From contig CBFFRQ010000043.1 in NCBI GenBank assembly GCA_965644315.1, positions 708,378-772,377 of the forward strand: 64,000 nt of DNA, written 5' to 3'. Position 1 is the stretch's first letter, and every line of letters starts with the position of its first letter. This document shows, in pieces, positions 10,901 to 23,075 of the stretch. Origin of the DNA: Caecitellus pseudoparvulus. Lineage: Eukaryota > Protista > Bigyra: Bicosoecida. Under the pieces are notes generated by a model, which was not told the origin of the DNA, searched no databases, and was given only the letters and a program-made list of their open reading frames with translations. The position numbers were made by a program, and so were the translations under genes.

Positions 10901-13679
10901 CTTGTGCCGCTCGAACTTGACGACGAACTTCAGAATGTACCGCAGCACCAAGTTCACCGTCAAGGTGATGATGGCTGTGCCGTAGGACAGCACCTGCACT
11001 TGCAAGTACGTCGAGAACCAGCTGACACACAGCGTGCGGCTGCCTGAGGGCGTGTCGAAGCGGGTGTTGAACATGACCTCCGGGTCGGTGACGTCCAAGA
11101 TGGACAAGCAGTGGCACTCCAGCAACCCCGTGCGCCCCGTGTTCAAGCCAAACTCCTCGAAGAACTCATCCTGCACCACCAGCGTCTTGTTCGAAACGAC
11201 ATCCTCCGGGAAAGTCGCGCAGTCGGCACTGGTGTACTCTCGGGCGACAGTGCGTTTCGCGTCCTCAGCAAGGAACACAGCCAGTCCTGACAAGGCCAGG
11301 ACCAGCAGTGTGAACAGCGTCGTGAGCATCACACGGAAGGTGCGTGTGTTCACGTTCAAGTTGGCCCAGTTGATGTCCGTCGGCTCGTCTGCACGCTGCA
11401 CCCACACGCGGTGGATGCCGGCGTACTTGTTAGCACGCTTCTGGCAGCAGTAGTACAAGAGGGTGGAACGGGGGTACGTCTCCAGCGCCCGCAAGCACGC
11501 CTCTTCCTCTTCAAATGTAATGTACGCGGATACGGCCTGCTCGTTGCCTTTCGTGGACTCCCGCTGGTCCAGCACGCGGTCCATGTGCTCCAGCTCGGAC
11601 TTGAGCTTGTTCAGACCTGCCTTCACCTTCTCCATCGTGCGCTCGTCGGCACCCTGTTTGTGCTTCAGCAGCATGGACTGGATGCGTTTGTCCATGCGCT
11701 TGAGCACCTTGCCGCGCTTCTCCAGCAACTCCACCACCTCCGTGTTGGCCATGGCGAAGGAGATGTCCGCAATGGCTGGGTTGGTCAGCTCCCTCTCCAC
11801 CTTCTTGGCCCGGGACACGACCTTGCTGAAGTGCAGGCGCAGCTGTTCGTCCAGCTTACCCAAGTTCTGGTGGGGGGGCAGCTTGGGCATGAAGACGGAG
11901 TAGTCGGCAGCCGACACATCCCGGAACGAGCGCACCTCCTGCCGCTCCAGCTCCCCCAGCATGAGGATGGCGAACATGAAGAGGATGACAATGACGGCGT
12001 CAAACATCCCCAGGAACACTGCAACTTCAGTCTTGCTGAAGGTCTCCGTGAACACGAACACGGACGTGTCGAAGCACTGTGCGATGACGAGCAGCCGGTG
12101 CTGGCCTGGCGCTGGAAGCTCGGGGGACACCAGCTGCACTTTGGAGGAAATGGGGTGGATGAACCGCACGCCCTGCGTCGCAGTGCCGTTCTCCGGGAAG
12201 GCTGCCACCTCCTCCACCCTGCCGTCCGTGTACACGACGGAGTACCCGGTGGGGGTGGGGCTGGAGTCCTCAAAGGCGTCCAGGTCAAACAGGTCCGGGT
12301 CGTCCAGGGTGGCGTTGGGCCACACACAGCTGGCGAGGTCCCCAGTGGGGTCCAGAGGGTACGTGCAGTCGCCGTTGGGCAGCACGGCACCTCCATCGGG
12401 GCACTCGGTGCCGTACACCTCCGACGGCTGCCAGGTGATGTTGCGAGAGCTGGCTGGGATAGAGCACGCTTGTGCACCCAGGCACAGCCCCTCCACGGCG
12501 ATCTCTGCACCTCGAGCGTGACAGTGCGAGTTCAGCACCACGGACAGCCAGCCAAAGTCAGGGCGGTTGTCCACAAGCTGGTGTGCACAGCACGACCCCG
12601 AGCGGAACTCGTCACCTGTCGGCGTGGGCACCTGCCGCTTCACCTCCAGGTGGCAGTAGGAGCCTTCGGGCAAGCACTGCGCGCCGTCGATGTTGCCCCC
12701 ATCGCACTCGCCGCTGTCACGGGAGGGCTGCTGCGCTGCGGGGCAGGAGCAGGAGCCAGACGGCAGGCCGTAGTACGCTTGGATGTTGCCTACGACGGCA
12801 CCTGCGGGGCATTGGATCTCCACACTCTCCCCATCCAGAGCCTGGCTGCAGACGTCCAGGCCCTCGCCCAGGTTCCCCATCGTCAGCAGGGACAGGCGGT
12901 CCAGGGGCGTGACAACTTCCGCCTCCAGCTTTCCACCACTGAACATGAGCAACATGTTGGGCACCGCAAGCAATGAGAGGATTCCCATGACGATTATCAT
13001 GAACTTCAGAAAGCGATAGTATAAAGTGACGCCGATGCCTGAGGTGGTCGGGGAAGGTGGGGAACCACGGGTTCTCGGTTTAGCACGGCAGCATGCGGAG
13101 TGCTTCGCCTGGCGTTTCAGCCGCGTCTCCTGCCGACTCACCGTATGGAGCGAAGTCTGACTCGCTGGGTCCACACCACCTTTCGCAGCTGCCCCCGTCT
13201 GATCCATACATGCCTGTGCAAGGGGTGGTTCAGGGCTCCGCCGTGCGCGTGCTGCTCTGGCACCATCCGCCCAGCTGCGACGTCGCCTGGCCACCAACGT
13301 CGCACCCACCAGTTCTGAGCTCCCACGGCGAAAACAAGCGATACTCGATGGCTTCGCCCAATTCATTGAGCTTCGTGACCTTTCGAGGGTGGTTGCGGTT
13401 CCGAGACTTGTACGCCTGTACACAAGCAGCAGGGTGTGGTGCTCTAGCATTCGCTGGCGTTTCACGTACGCGGCTGGGCTTCCAGCGTCGGCGAGCTCAG
13501 CCTCTCACCTGCTGCAGGCTCAAATGCGGCGGTTGTCCCTTGAGGGACACATCTTTCGAGTACTCTTCCTTGGTCTGCCCCTTCAGACGCTTCGCTGCTG
13601 CGGCATCTTGCCCCAGCTTCGGCAGATGCTCTGGCGACGCGGGTGGCACAGGCGGTGGCGCTACACTTGGAGCTGCCAT
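7976..13679 (-). CDS. CSC1/OSCA/TMEM63-like multi-pass channel with an inserted Cys-rich SUEL/galactose-lectin-like domain and a long disordered C-tail
   Basis: GVTLYYRFLK TM0, ADYSVFMPKLP, AYITFEEEE, VQRADEPTDINWANL, FERHKSKT, FVLQFLNTA, DFSQDWYASVG, FSTGLPILLP, YRTPPRY; lectin-like VEIQCPAGAVVGNIQAYYGLPSGSC...VEGLCLGAQACSIPAS. 5' exons approximate. Confidence 0.82.
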
Positions 13680-13979
13680 GGCGGCCAGGCGCGCGTGCCG
13701 TGCAACACGCGACCTTCTGGCCCTCACAGGTGAGGGGGTGTCCAGGTCCAGTGAGGAGGGCGTCTGCACGTGATGAATTGCTGCGTGACGTCGAATGCCA
13801 GCGTTTCGGAGAGGCACAGTGCGCCCACCGGCCGGCAGGTGTGCACCTGAAGCTCAAGCCAGCCTGCGGTCAGCCGGCCAACGTGCTCTGCAGGGTACGA
13901 CCTCAGAGGCGTTTTCCCAAGGCTTTTCAACGAAGAGGCCGTTCGGCGCCTGGGGTTCGCATGGGTCGCGCTGGCAACC

Positions 13980-14818
13980 TCACTGCTCCCGGGATGTGAG
14001 CACGAACAGGCCCATGACGCCCAGGAGCACAAACTTGAACCAGGGGTAGTCATTGAGCAAAATCGTGACCATGCCCAGATACGGCACGCTCCTGTGGAGG
14101 GAGGGGGGGGGTTGTGGCGCCGTGAATGTGCGAGCTGTGCGGGTCAGCGTGCGGAAACGCACCACCTGGCCCGCCCAACGATTTCGTCCCGCGTCAGCCA
14201 CCGTTGGCCCCAGGCGTACAAGCCGCGGTCATCCACCCGGTTGTTGTCCCCCTTGGTCAAGTATTGCACGGTGCCGTCACTCCTGGAGCGGCACAGCACA
14301 CGCGGGGGGCTGTGTGCAAGGGCAGGTGAAGTCAACGGGGCACGCTCAACGCACAGCTCATGTGTCTCAAGCACCCTGTGCACGATGGGCACCTCCCTCT
14401 CAGAGATGGAGTACACCACCACTTCTCCCACGTTGATGCGGGTGGGGTGGTTGTCCAGGAACAGCACGTCGCCCCGCTGGAACGCCGGCTCCATGCTCCC
14501 ACTGTGATGGCGTGCCGGCGGCGCTGTGCCACGGCGGCGGGGCCTGGCGGGGCGAGGCGCGCGCTCACCTCAACACCACCACGACGGGTGACTCGCTGAT
14601 AGTGCAAACCATGGCGGTCTTCCAAATGATCAGGGCTGAGAAGACCACCATGGCCAGGTTCAGCACTTGAAACAGCGCCTGTGAGGCGCACGCCAGGCGC
14701 TTGCAAGGGGAGGCGAGACGGCTCAGCCTGGACCCGTGAAACGTACCTGGTGAGGGTTGCGCACAAGCTCCTTGAGCTGGGTGTATTGCCCCATCACCTC
14801 GGCCTTGACGTACTCCAT
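13980..14818 (-). CDS. SEC11: Signal peptidase complex catalytic subunit SEC11 (spliced)
   Basis: [61 protein letters not shown]. Confidence 0.96.
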
Positions 14819-15236
14819 GGCGGTCGCAGGAGGCTGTGGGCTGCAAGCCACGTGCGGAAATCGGTCCCTGCCACGCGGCAGTTCGCGAGGCTAAACCCTT
14901 GCAAGAGCAGGTCTTGCTCAGCGACCGGGAAAAGGGGAAACGCCGTTTTAGCTCCTACCGGGCACACTGAGGCCACAGTTGGGAGTGTGGGCTTTGAAAA
15001 GTAGGGTAGGCCGCCCAAGCACGCGACAAAGCCAGGGACAGGATTGCCGCCCAGCACGGCAAATGCCCTCACTGAAACAAAAACAGAAGCATACTGCACC
15101 AAATCCTGTCGATGGTTTCTCCCACACTGTCCATTTGCAGTGCCTCTCTTCCTCAGAAACGCAGGTGAAGGCAGGAAAGCGTGTGTGGCTCAAAATCCGC
15201 ACGTGACGTGTGCTTTGGGACCGCCTCGCACCCGCC

Positions 15237-18200
15237 ATGGACATGGAGGGGGGCGAACAAGGTGATGAGTGGGGGGGTGATCTCTTTGAAGCATGCAGCC
15301 GGGACGACGTCGACCGTGTGGAGGAGCTGCTGTCAGGCGGGGTGCAGCCGGATGACCGACGAGGGTGTGGGGAAACAGCACTGCACGTCTGTGGTGCGTC
15401 CCGCGGCTCCAGGCCTTCCCCGCACACTGCAAGCGCCGATCAACCCATGCCCTACACTGTGCACAGCTCGATTTGGGTCGGCCTACTGCGCTGAGGCGCT
15501 CATCGCGTCTGGTGCGGACGTGTGTGCCTGCGACCTGGAATCTCGGTGGACGCCGCTGCACCTTGCGCTGTACAGCGGCAACGCGGGTGTGGCGCTGGTC
15601 CTTGCAGCTGCCCTGCAGAGCCGGCTGTCCCACAGTGGCTCCGACGCCCCGCCCTCTGCGGCAGGACCGTGGGCATTCAGCGTGGCTCCGCCCCACACGG
15701 CGGCCGGGCCGGACTCCAGCGCCAGCCGAGCCCTTGCCCGGGCACTGCACGGCCAGCCAGTGCCTGGCCCGCTGCCCCAGCCGCCCTCCAGGGCGACCAA
15801 GCGGGCTGGCATGCCTGCCAACGCGCCCACCCACCTTCTGGACTTCCAGGGCTGCTATCCTCTGGATGTGGCCGCTGGACGCCTGACGCCGTGGCTGCAG
15901 TGGAGCAGGGGTGCTATGGCCCTGGCCTGTGCGAAGGGCCCCCACAGCAGCCACGTGGCAAGCCTGGTGGATCGGTGGAACACCCTTGTGGCCAGCTGCC
16001 CACTTGGCACTGGGGAGTGCCTGCCGCTGGACCCGTTGTGGCCTCAGCGCACGCGGCCACGTGCCGACACCGCCGGCTCCTTCGGGTACGCGCCGGATTC
16101 AGATGCCTCCTCGGCATGTTCAGGCAGCTCAGAGGAGGAGGCGGGGAGAGGAGCTGCAGCTGGGCCTGGGGAGGGGCAGCCGCTGCAGCGCCTCCCGTGG
16201 ACCACCCAGGTGCGGTCCTGCGGTCAGCGCCGCGCACAGCTCGGCCTACCCCCAGGCACAGCCCCCTCTGTGGCCCACTTCCGCACCGTTTCCTCCCTGT
16301 CTGGCTCTGGGGACGCAAGGGTGTCACACAGCCCCCTGGCCCCCGTCGCCATCTGCGCCGTGTCTGCTGGACACGCGCACTCCCTGGCCCTGGACGTGAC
16401 GGGGCGAGTGTGGGCGTGGGGTGTGGGGAGCAAGGGACAGTTGGGGTGTGGAGGGGGGGTGGACCACCCCTTCCCCACCCCAGTGCAGCAGGCAGGCGGT
16501 GTTCGCATGCTGGCTGTGGCTGCCGGTGGGGCACACTCCTTGGCTGTGGACTCAGAGGGAGGCATGTGGGGCTGGGGCTGCAACGCTGATGGCGCACTGA
16601 TGCTGGGCAAGGGTGCAGCCTCCCAAGTTGACACTCCAAGCCGTGTTTCGGGCGCTCTGGGGCGAGGCGGGGCAGGCGTGGCGTGGGGCGTCGTGGCCGT
16701 CGCTGCTGGCACGAGGCACTCCGTTGCAGTCACAGACCGTGGCCAGGCGTGGTGTGCGGGGGCCAACGAGGAGGGGCAGTGCGGCGTGTCCCTGAGTCAC
16801 AAGGGGCAAGGCGCCGAGTCGAAGTGCGTCGTGGTGCCGCATTGTGTCGTTTCCAGTGGCGTCGTCGGGTGTGCGGCGGGGCCCGCTGTTACCCTGCTGC
16901 AGCTGTCAGGAGGGGGGGTGCTGCAAGTGGGAGGGGGGGGTCACACGCCACGTGGCGTGACGTTGGACGCAGATGCCGCCCAAGCTGCTGAAGCCGCGGA
17001 AGCCAGGAGCGCGTCCCTGCCCCTGCCCGTCTCCAACCTCGGCACCATGCGAGGCGGGGTGTACCGCCGCGAAGTGGGGCAGGTGTCCCCGCCCAGCAAC
17101 AGTGGAGCCACCGGCCCCTTCACGTCCGGCCCCCGCTGCGCACGCAGAGTCCCCCTGCCTCCTGCTGCCGCACTGCCAGTGAGCCACTGCCTCCCATCTG
17201 GCACGGCCTGGATGACACGGGAGGGGGGTGCCTCGTCGTGGAGTGGTGGATGGACGGCTGGCCAAGCACGCCAAGCTCTGGGCGCTGGTGAGTGGCAGTC
17301 AGGCCGGCGCTTCGGGCGCTCGGCACAGGTGGTGGCACTTGCAGCAGGGGGCGACTCCTGCCTGGCGCTGGATGAGGAGGGCGGCGTGTGGGAGTGGTCC
17401 GTCCGTGATGCCACGCCAGTGGGCACTCGCAACGCAGCACTGCGCAGAGCTGGGCAACGGGCCGTGGCCATCGCAGCAGGGGGCGGGGGCGTGCGGGGGG
17501 CCGTCACCATCGCGGGGGATGTCCTCACGTGGGGCACTGGGCCCGCGTCTGGCCACGCTGGCAGTGGGCCCATCTCAGTGCCCACCCGCCTCCCTGACGT
17601 GGCGCAAGCGGTTGGCTTGGCCATGGGCGCCTGCCACACCCTCCTCCTCACGGCCACTGCACTGCCAGCCCTCCCAGACATACATGCCGCCTCAGTTGAA
17701 GCGTGCGTGTGCAACGGCTGGGAAGACGGGCTGTCTGAGGCGGTGCAGGTGACGCAGGCGGACACGCACGCGTTCCCGGAACACGACCAGGGGTCATGCT
17801 CGTTCAGTGACAGCAGCTCCAGCTCCAGCTCCAGTGATGAGGAGGAAGATGACGACGTGTGGAGTGCCTTCGACGACGAGATGGCGTTCCTCACCATGCC
17901 CTCGTCTGACCTGCATGCACCTGCCGGCGCGCCGGGCAACGAGTTGGAAGGGGGCAGCCCAGGGCGTTGGGCAGGCAATGGTGGGATGCCCAGACCCCGC
18001 TCAGCACTTGCTGTGGTGTCTAGGTCTCGCCGCAACTACGCTGGGCGCAAGCGAGGGCGAGCAAAGCGCCACCGAGCACGGCACCGGGCACGAGCCTCAC
18101 GTGAGGACACCGCCACTGTCCTGGCGGAGTGGCAGGGCCTGACGCCTGGCATCCTTCGATCCCCCACCGCAGGCACACCGCGGGTGCAGCTCGCGTCATG

Positions 18201-20421
18201 GGCGCACTTGGGGGGGGTGGGGCAGAAGCAGGGTATCCCCTCCCTCGCCTGGCTGGCTCAGCGGGCTGTCGCCCAGCACACCACCCTGGACTCTGCGGCT
18301 GCCGCGCTGGAGGCGGCGGAGGAGCTGCAAGCCCAGACCCTGGGGGAGTACGTCGGGCGCCTGGTGCACGCCAACCTGCCTGCGATGCTGGTCATGACCA
18401 AGGGCGGAGTGCGGGATGCCCTCACTGCTGTGGGCGCAGGATTGGCAGGCGGCACGTGGCGCAGTCCGCTGCAACGTGCACACCTGGCAGAAGAGCTGGC
18501 GAAAGCGCAAGCCGCTCGAGCAGGGCACGGCGCTGCGCGTGGCTCTGCCTCGCACGCTGCGGCAGGTCGAGGCGCCAGGGCCGACGTGCAGGGTGGCGAG
18601 GGCGGGCCTGCAAGCCCACACTCTCCACCTGCAGCTCAGGCGCGCGACCACTCTGAGCAGGAACAGCATGGTGTCCAGCAACCCATTGCGACATGCAGCC
18701 CCGCCCTTGAGCAGGTGTCATCATGCGATGGCGACGCTGCACAGGCGTCGCCTGAGCCTGAGCCGCCGCAGCTGCCCGCTGCTGCCTCGCCGCCACCCCT
18801 GCCCAGCACACCCCCACAGCAGCCCTGGACGCTTCTTGACAGTAGTTCTCCACCTATCTGTGCTGCGGCCTCAGCAGTGAATGTTCTGCCTGGACCGGCT
18901 GCCGTGCCACCCCTGTCTTCTGCTGCCCTGGCCGGCCTGCCACCAGGCACCAAGGCTGCGCTGCGCGTGATATACGAGACCCTGCAGCAGCCAGCAACTG
19001 TGTCTCCATCAGCAGAGGCACTGAACGCCGTGGGCATCTTGCTGCAGCGGTGGAAAAACACCAAGCGCAAGCTGGTCGGGGCCTGTGCAGCTGCAGTGCA
19101 GGCGGCTGAGTTGGGTGCTGCGCCCCCCACTGCCGAGACGCTCCGAGGACTGATCAGTGGGGTCGCAGGCGCGGCACAGGGTTTCGATGCCAGGTGGCGC
19201 CGTGTGGCGCTGCGAGGTGCTGTCGCGTGGGAGCTCTGGTCCCTCGCCCCAGTCCTCCGGCGCGTCGCGGCCTCAGCTGATACGTGGGCTGCGCTTGTGG
19301 ACGGGCAAGTGTCCCAGGGCAAGAGCAGAGCACGTTTCAGGGGGGAGGGGCCGGGCATTGTCCAGGTGCAGGCGCAGCTGTCGCAGCTGGCGCCTCGCCT
19401 GGCAGCAGCGCTCAGCGCCATGCAGGCTCTGGAAGCAGGGGGCTTCACCCTGGCAGCCTTCTCCTGGCAGGCGCCTGGTGGGGCCGCACTGGTCTTAGCA
19501 GAGGATGTGGCAGAGGTAGTGAGTGGCCACAGGTCCCTGCAGACGCTGCCCGGGGCGGGCGGGCTCCCGCCCACTCCAGCTCTGACCCCAGACGTGGCCG
19601 GCAGGCCCCCGCCAGTGCCCCCACTGAACCTGGGCCAGGGAAGCCAGTCACCCCCTGCAGGAGCCAGCTCCCCTCCCCACTCCCAGCCCAAGCGGCGCCG
19701 TGGCAAGCGCAAGGCAGTGCCTCTTGGTGCAGTCCCCGGCACGGGCGTAGCGTCCACCCCCCCCTCCGTGCCATCCACGCCCCCCCTCCGTGCCAACACG
19801 GCGGCGCCCGTGTCCATGAAGCAGCTGCTGGCGGCGGCGGCGGAAACCAAGCCAGTACCCGCCAGTCCCAACCCAAGCCCGGCGCCCAGCGCATCCAAAC
19901 ACCGTGGGCGCCGGCGTCGGCAGCAGGCACTGCCCCTGTCCCAGCTGACACCGCCCCAAGACACCAAAGCTGCTGCGTGGCAGACGAGTGTGCCTTCCCG
20001 ATCGCAGCTGCAGGGCGGGCTGGGGCGCGGCGCCCGGCCCTCCTTGGCGTCCATCGCCGCGAGCCAGGCCCAGGAGGCGGCAGCTGCCACGGCGGCATCC
20101 ACACGCCTGGCCCAAGCACGCCTTGCAGCTGGGCGGGGAGCCAGTGGGGTGCTTGGCAAGAGCCGGCAGTCAGCGTGGGGCCGAGGCCCGGGCAACGCCG
20201 GGTCACCCCCCATCCTGGGCCTGGGAGATGTCGCCGTGATGCAGGCGCTAGCTGCAGAGGAGGAGGCGGCAGCGGCGGCTGAGGCTGCCTCGCTCGCCCT
20301 CGCCAAGGCCCTGTCCCAGGAAGAGGAGCCGGCGACAGGGGGCGGCAGGGGAAGGGGTGGACGCAGCAGGGGAGGGCGGCGGGGGCGCAGTAGGCAAAGG
20401 GGCGGCAAAGGCCGCCGTTGA
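15237..20421 (+). CDS. Ankyrin + RCC1-repeat protein, IBTK-like
   Basis: Ankyrin GETALH and DLESRWTPLHLALYSG; multiple RCC1 repeats (VSAGHAHSLAL..GRVWAWG.G..GQLG); BACK-like helical segment; low-complexity C-terminus. Confidence 0.78.
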
Positions 20422-20494
20422 GCTGTGCAGTGCATTGCAGGCCACTCCAGTGCAGGCGTGTGGCGTGGGCTGGTCCACTCGCGGCAGGGGCGCA

Positions 20495-21377
20495 TCATTC
20501 AGAATTCACAGAGTCGGCCCGTGCCTTCTTGTGCTTCTTGCTGCTCTTGTGCTTCTTGCTACTCTTGCTGCTCTTGTGCTTCTTGCTGCTCTTGCTGCTC
20601 TTGCTGCTCTTGCGCTCCACCTTGGGGCTGGACACGGCCTCCTCCTCCTCGCCGTCGCTCTCGCCTGAGCTGGAGGCTGTGTCGTCCCCCGTGGACACCT
20701 GGCTGGAGGTCGCAGCAGGCTCACGAGGGCGCTTGGCGCCGCCGACAGGTGCAGCCGTCGCGCCACCCTCGCCTGCTGCCTCGGAAGCCTCCTTGGCCGC
20801 CGCCACTTCCTTGCGCCAGACGCTGAGCTTGGCCTGGTAGGCGTCCTCAAACGGCGCCTTCTCGGCGTCGCTCATGGCCTTCCACAGGCCGCCCGCGTGC
20901 TTGGCGATGACGCTGCTGTGCTTCGTGTTGAGCTCGGCCTGCAACTTCTCGCGCTGCGTGCCCATCCATGACAGGAAGGGCGTGGGTGGGCGCTTGGGGC
21001 CCACTCGTGCGGTCTTCTTCTTGCCGCCACTGCTGTCGCGCTTCGCAAGCTTGGCCTGCAGGGTCTTGGCTTCCTTGGCAGACTTGCGCACGGCCCGCTT
21101 CTCCTCCAGTGCATGTGTGCGAATGCCCTTGGCCAGTGTGCGCATTTCACTCTTCCTGCACCGGGCGGGGCGTGCAGAGCAAGGGTGCGGGATTTGAGTG
21201 CAGACGATGCCAACGGCACGGCGATGATCGACGCCTCTCCCCGCCCACGCACAGTGTGTCCAGGTGCTGGATGACAGCCTTGCATGATGCAAGGAGGGTT
21301 TCAGAGGTCACGCTGTGCGTCTCGCTCCTCTCTGTCTTGCCAGCTTCGGAGGCAGAGTCTGCGCTCGCGACGGACAT
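20495..21377 (-). CDS. HMG-box protein with Lys/Ser-rich tail (spliced)
   Basis: PKRPPTPFLSWMGTQREKL...IAKHAGGLWKAMSDAEKAPFEDAY. Confidence 0.88.
20526..20612 (-). repeat. Coding tandem repeat (KSS/KKH units) in HMG-box protein tail
   Basis: Repeated CTTGCTGCT / CTTGTGCTT 9-mers encoding KSSKSSKSSKKHKSSKSSKKHKSSKKHKK. Confidence 0.85.
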
Positions 21378-21612
21378 TGTGATGCTGTGCTGCTGGCGCT
21401 GTCAACTCGGGCAGGGGCACGTCGGAGGGGCGACGGGGGAAGACGGCAGTAAGGAGCGGCTGGAGCGGAGCAGTAAATTACACAAACTCTGCGCGTGTGT
21501 GCTTGCTCACCTCCCCCTCGACTGCGTGTCTGCCAGCGGCAGAGTCCCGCCTTCCAGCGGAAATTGAGCGCCGTGGCTTGCCCGTCCTTTGCTCCCTCAG
21601 GCTCCCTGCACG

Positions 21613-22137
21613 ATGCAGCGGGTGGCCACCTTCGCGACCCGGGGCAAGTACAGCCGTAGGCAATTCCGCAGGGCACCCCTCGGCTCGAAGCAAGGCAACA
21701 AGAGTGCGAGCCACGCCACCCCGCGCTGCGCTGGTGTTTCGGGCTTGGCACTCCCCCGCCTCCTCCGCAGACTTCTTGAAAGGCACAGGCGGCAGGAGAA
21801 TAGGGCACCACACCACAAAGGGTGCGCATGGCCACTCTTCCAGCTTGCGTTCCAGCGGCACACCCAGCCTGCCGCTCCCCTGCCAGGCCGATATGTCGTT
21901 CTGCCTCACCGCACGCTGGAGATCTCAGCGCCCAGCCTGGAGGGCTTCACAGTGCGTGCCCCGCAGCAGGGCTCAGCCTGCAGCCACATGGCACAGCCCA
22001 TGCGCCCACTCCCCTCTGCGCAGCTCACGCCCTACGTGCCGTACTCCGCACCCCACGTGACGGCGCCACCACACTCTGTGGCAGATGTCTTGGCCAGCGC
22101 TGAAGCTGCTGAGGCAGTGCCTGGGGAGAGCAGGTGA
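21613..22137 (+). CDS. MRPL41: Mitochondrial ribosomal protein mL41 (4 exons)
   Basis: Splicing three short GT-AG introns gives ...PLGSKQGNKNFLKGTGGRRIGHHTTKGRYVVLPHRTLEISAPSLEGFTLTPYV, the mL41 pattern. Confidence 0.85.
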   Translation: MQRVATFATRGKYSRRQFRRAPLGSKQGNKSASHATPRCAGVSGLALPRLLRRLLERHRRQENRAPHHKGCAWPLFQLAFQRHTQPAAPLPGRYVVLPHRTLEISAPSLEGFTVRAPQQGSACSHMAQPMRPLPSAQLTPYVPYSAPHVTAPPHSVADVLASAEAAEAVPGESR

Positions 22138-22142
22138 ATGCA

Positions 22143-22850
22143 TTACTCAGATTTCTCCGCGGAGGCGTGCGTGATGATGTCCATCTCGTCCTTCACGAAG
22201 CAGTGGTTGGTGTACACACACATGTCCCCTGCAATGGTCATGGCGCGCTCAGCGATCTCCATGGCGGAGTGGTCGCTGTCCAGCAGTGCCCGGGCTGCGG
22301 CAGTGGCGAAGGGCGACCCGGAGCCGATGGCCATCACGCCATCCACGGGCTCCAGCACGTCGCCATTCCCCGTCACCTCCAGCGTCACCTCCTCGTTGGC
22401 CACGATGAGGGCTGCCTCCAGGCGCCGCATGTACCGCTCTGTGCGCCAGTCCTTGGCCAGCTCCACGCAGGCGCGCGCCAGCTGGTGGCTGTACTGCTCC
22501 AGCTTGGACTCCAGGCGCTCCAGGAGCGCCATGGCGTCTGCTGTGGCGCCGGCGAAGCCGACGATGACCTTGCCGTCCCCGATGCGGCGCACCTTGGTCG
22601 CATTGGGCTTCACCACCATGTTGCCAGCTGTCATCTGCCCGTCCCCCACGACAGCCAGCTTCCCCCCCTTGCGCACGGAGAGGATGGTGGTAGCGTAGCG
22701 CGGCGCCCCCACACCACCGTGCGCGAAGCCAGACGCATCCAGCACATAGCCTTGGTGCGCAGCAGGCATGCCACTCAGACAGGCTTGAGGGGCATGCTGG
22801 AGGCTTGCTGCGACACGTCGCAGCGGTGCTCGCAACGCTGCTGTCAACAT
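22143..22850 (-). CDS. hslV: Mitochondrial ATP-dependent protease subunit HslV (ClpQ)
   Basis: Transit peptide then [63 protein letters not shown]. Confidence 0.96.
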   Translation of the reverse strand: MLTAALRAPLRRVAASLQHAPQACLSGMPAAHQGYVLDASGFAHGGVGAPRYATTILSVRKGGKLAVVGDGQMTAGNMVVKPNATKVRRIGDGKVIVGFAGATADAMALLERLESKLEQYSHQLARACVELAKDWRTERYMRRLEAALIVANEEVTLEVTGNGDVLEPVDGVMAIGSGSPFATAAARALLDSDHSAMEIAERAMTIAGDMCVYTNHCFVKDEMDIITHASAEKSE

Positions 22851-23075
22851 GCCGGCAATCTTGTGACGTGGTCTGTGCCGAAACGCTGGTGGCGAGCTGG
22901 CCAGGTAGTGCTGACAGAGCGAGGAAGCATTGAGCGCGACAAGGGTGGCAGACGTAAAGAGAAGGTGAAATGTGGTGCCCATGGTCTGACTGTGTACGCC
23001 TGCGAGGTTTCCATTGCGCACCGACGGCGCCGGCAAGGGCAGCTGGCGTTTCACTGCGCGTGGCAGGCATGCATT

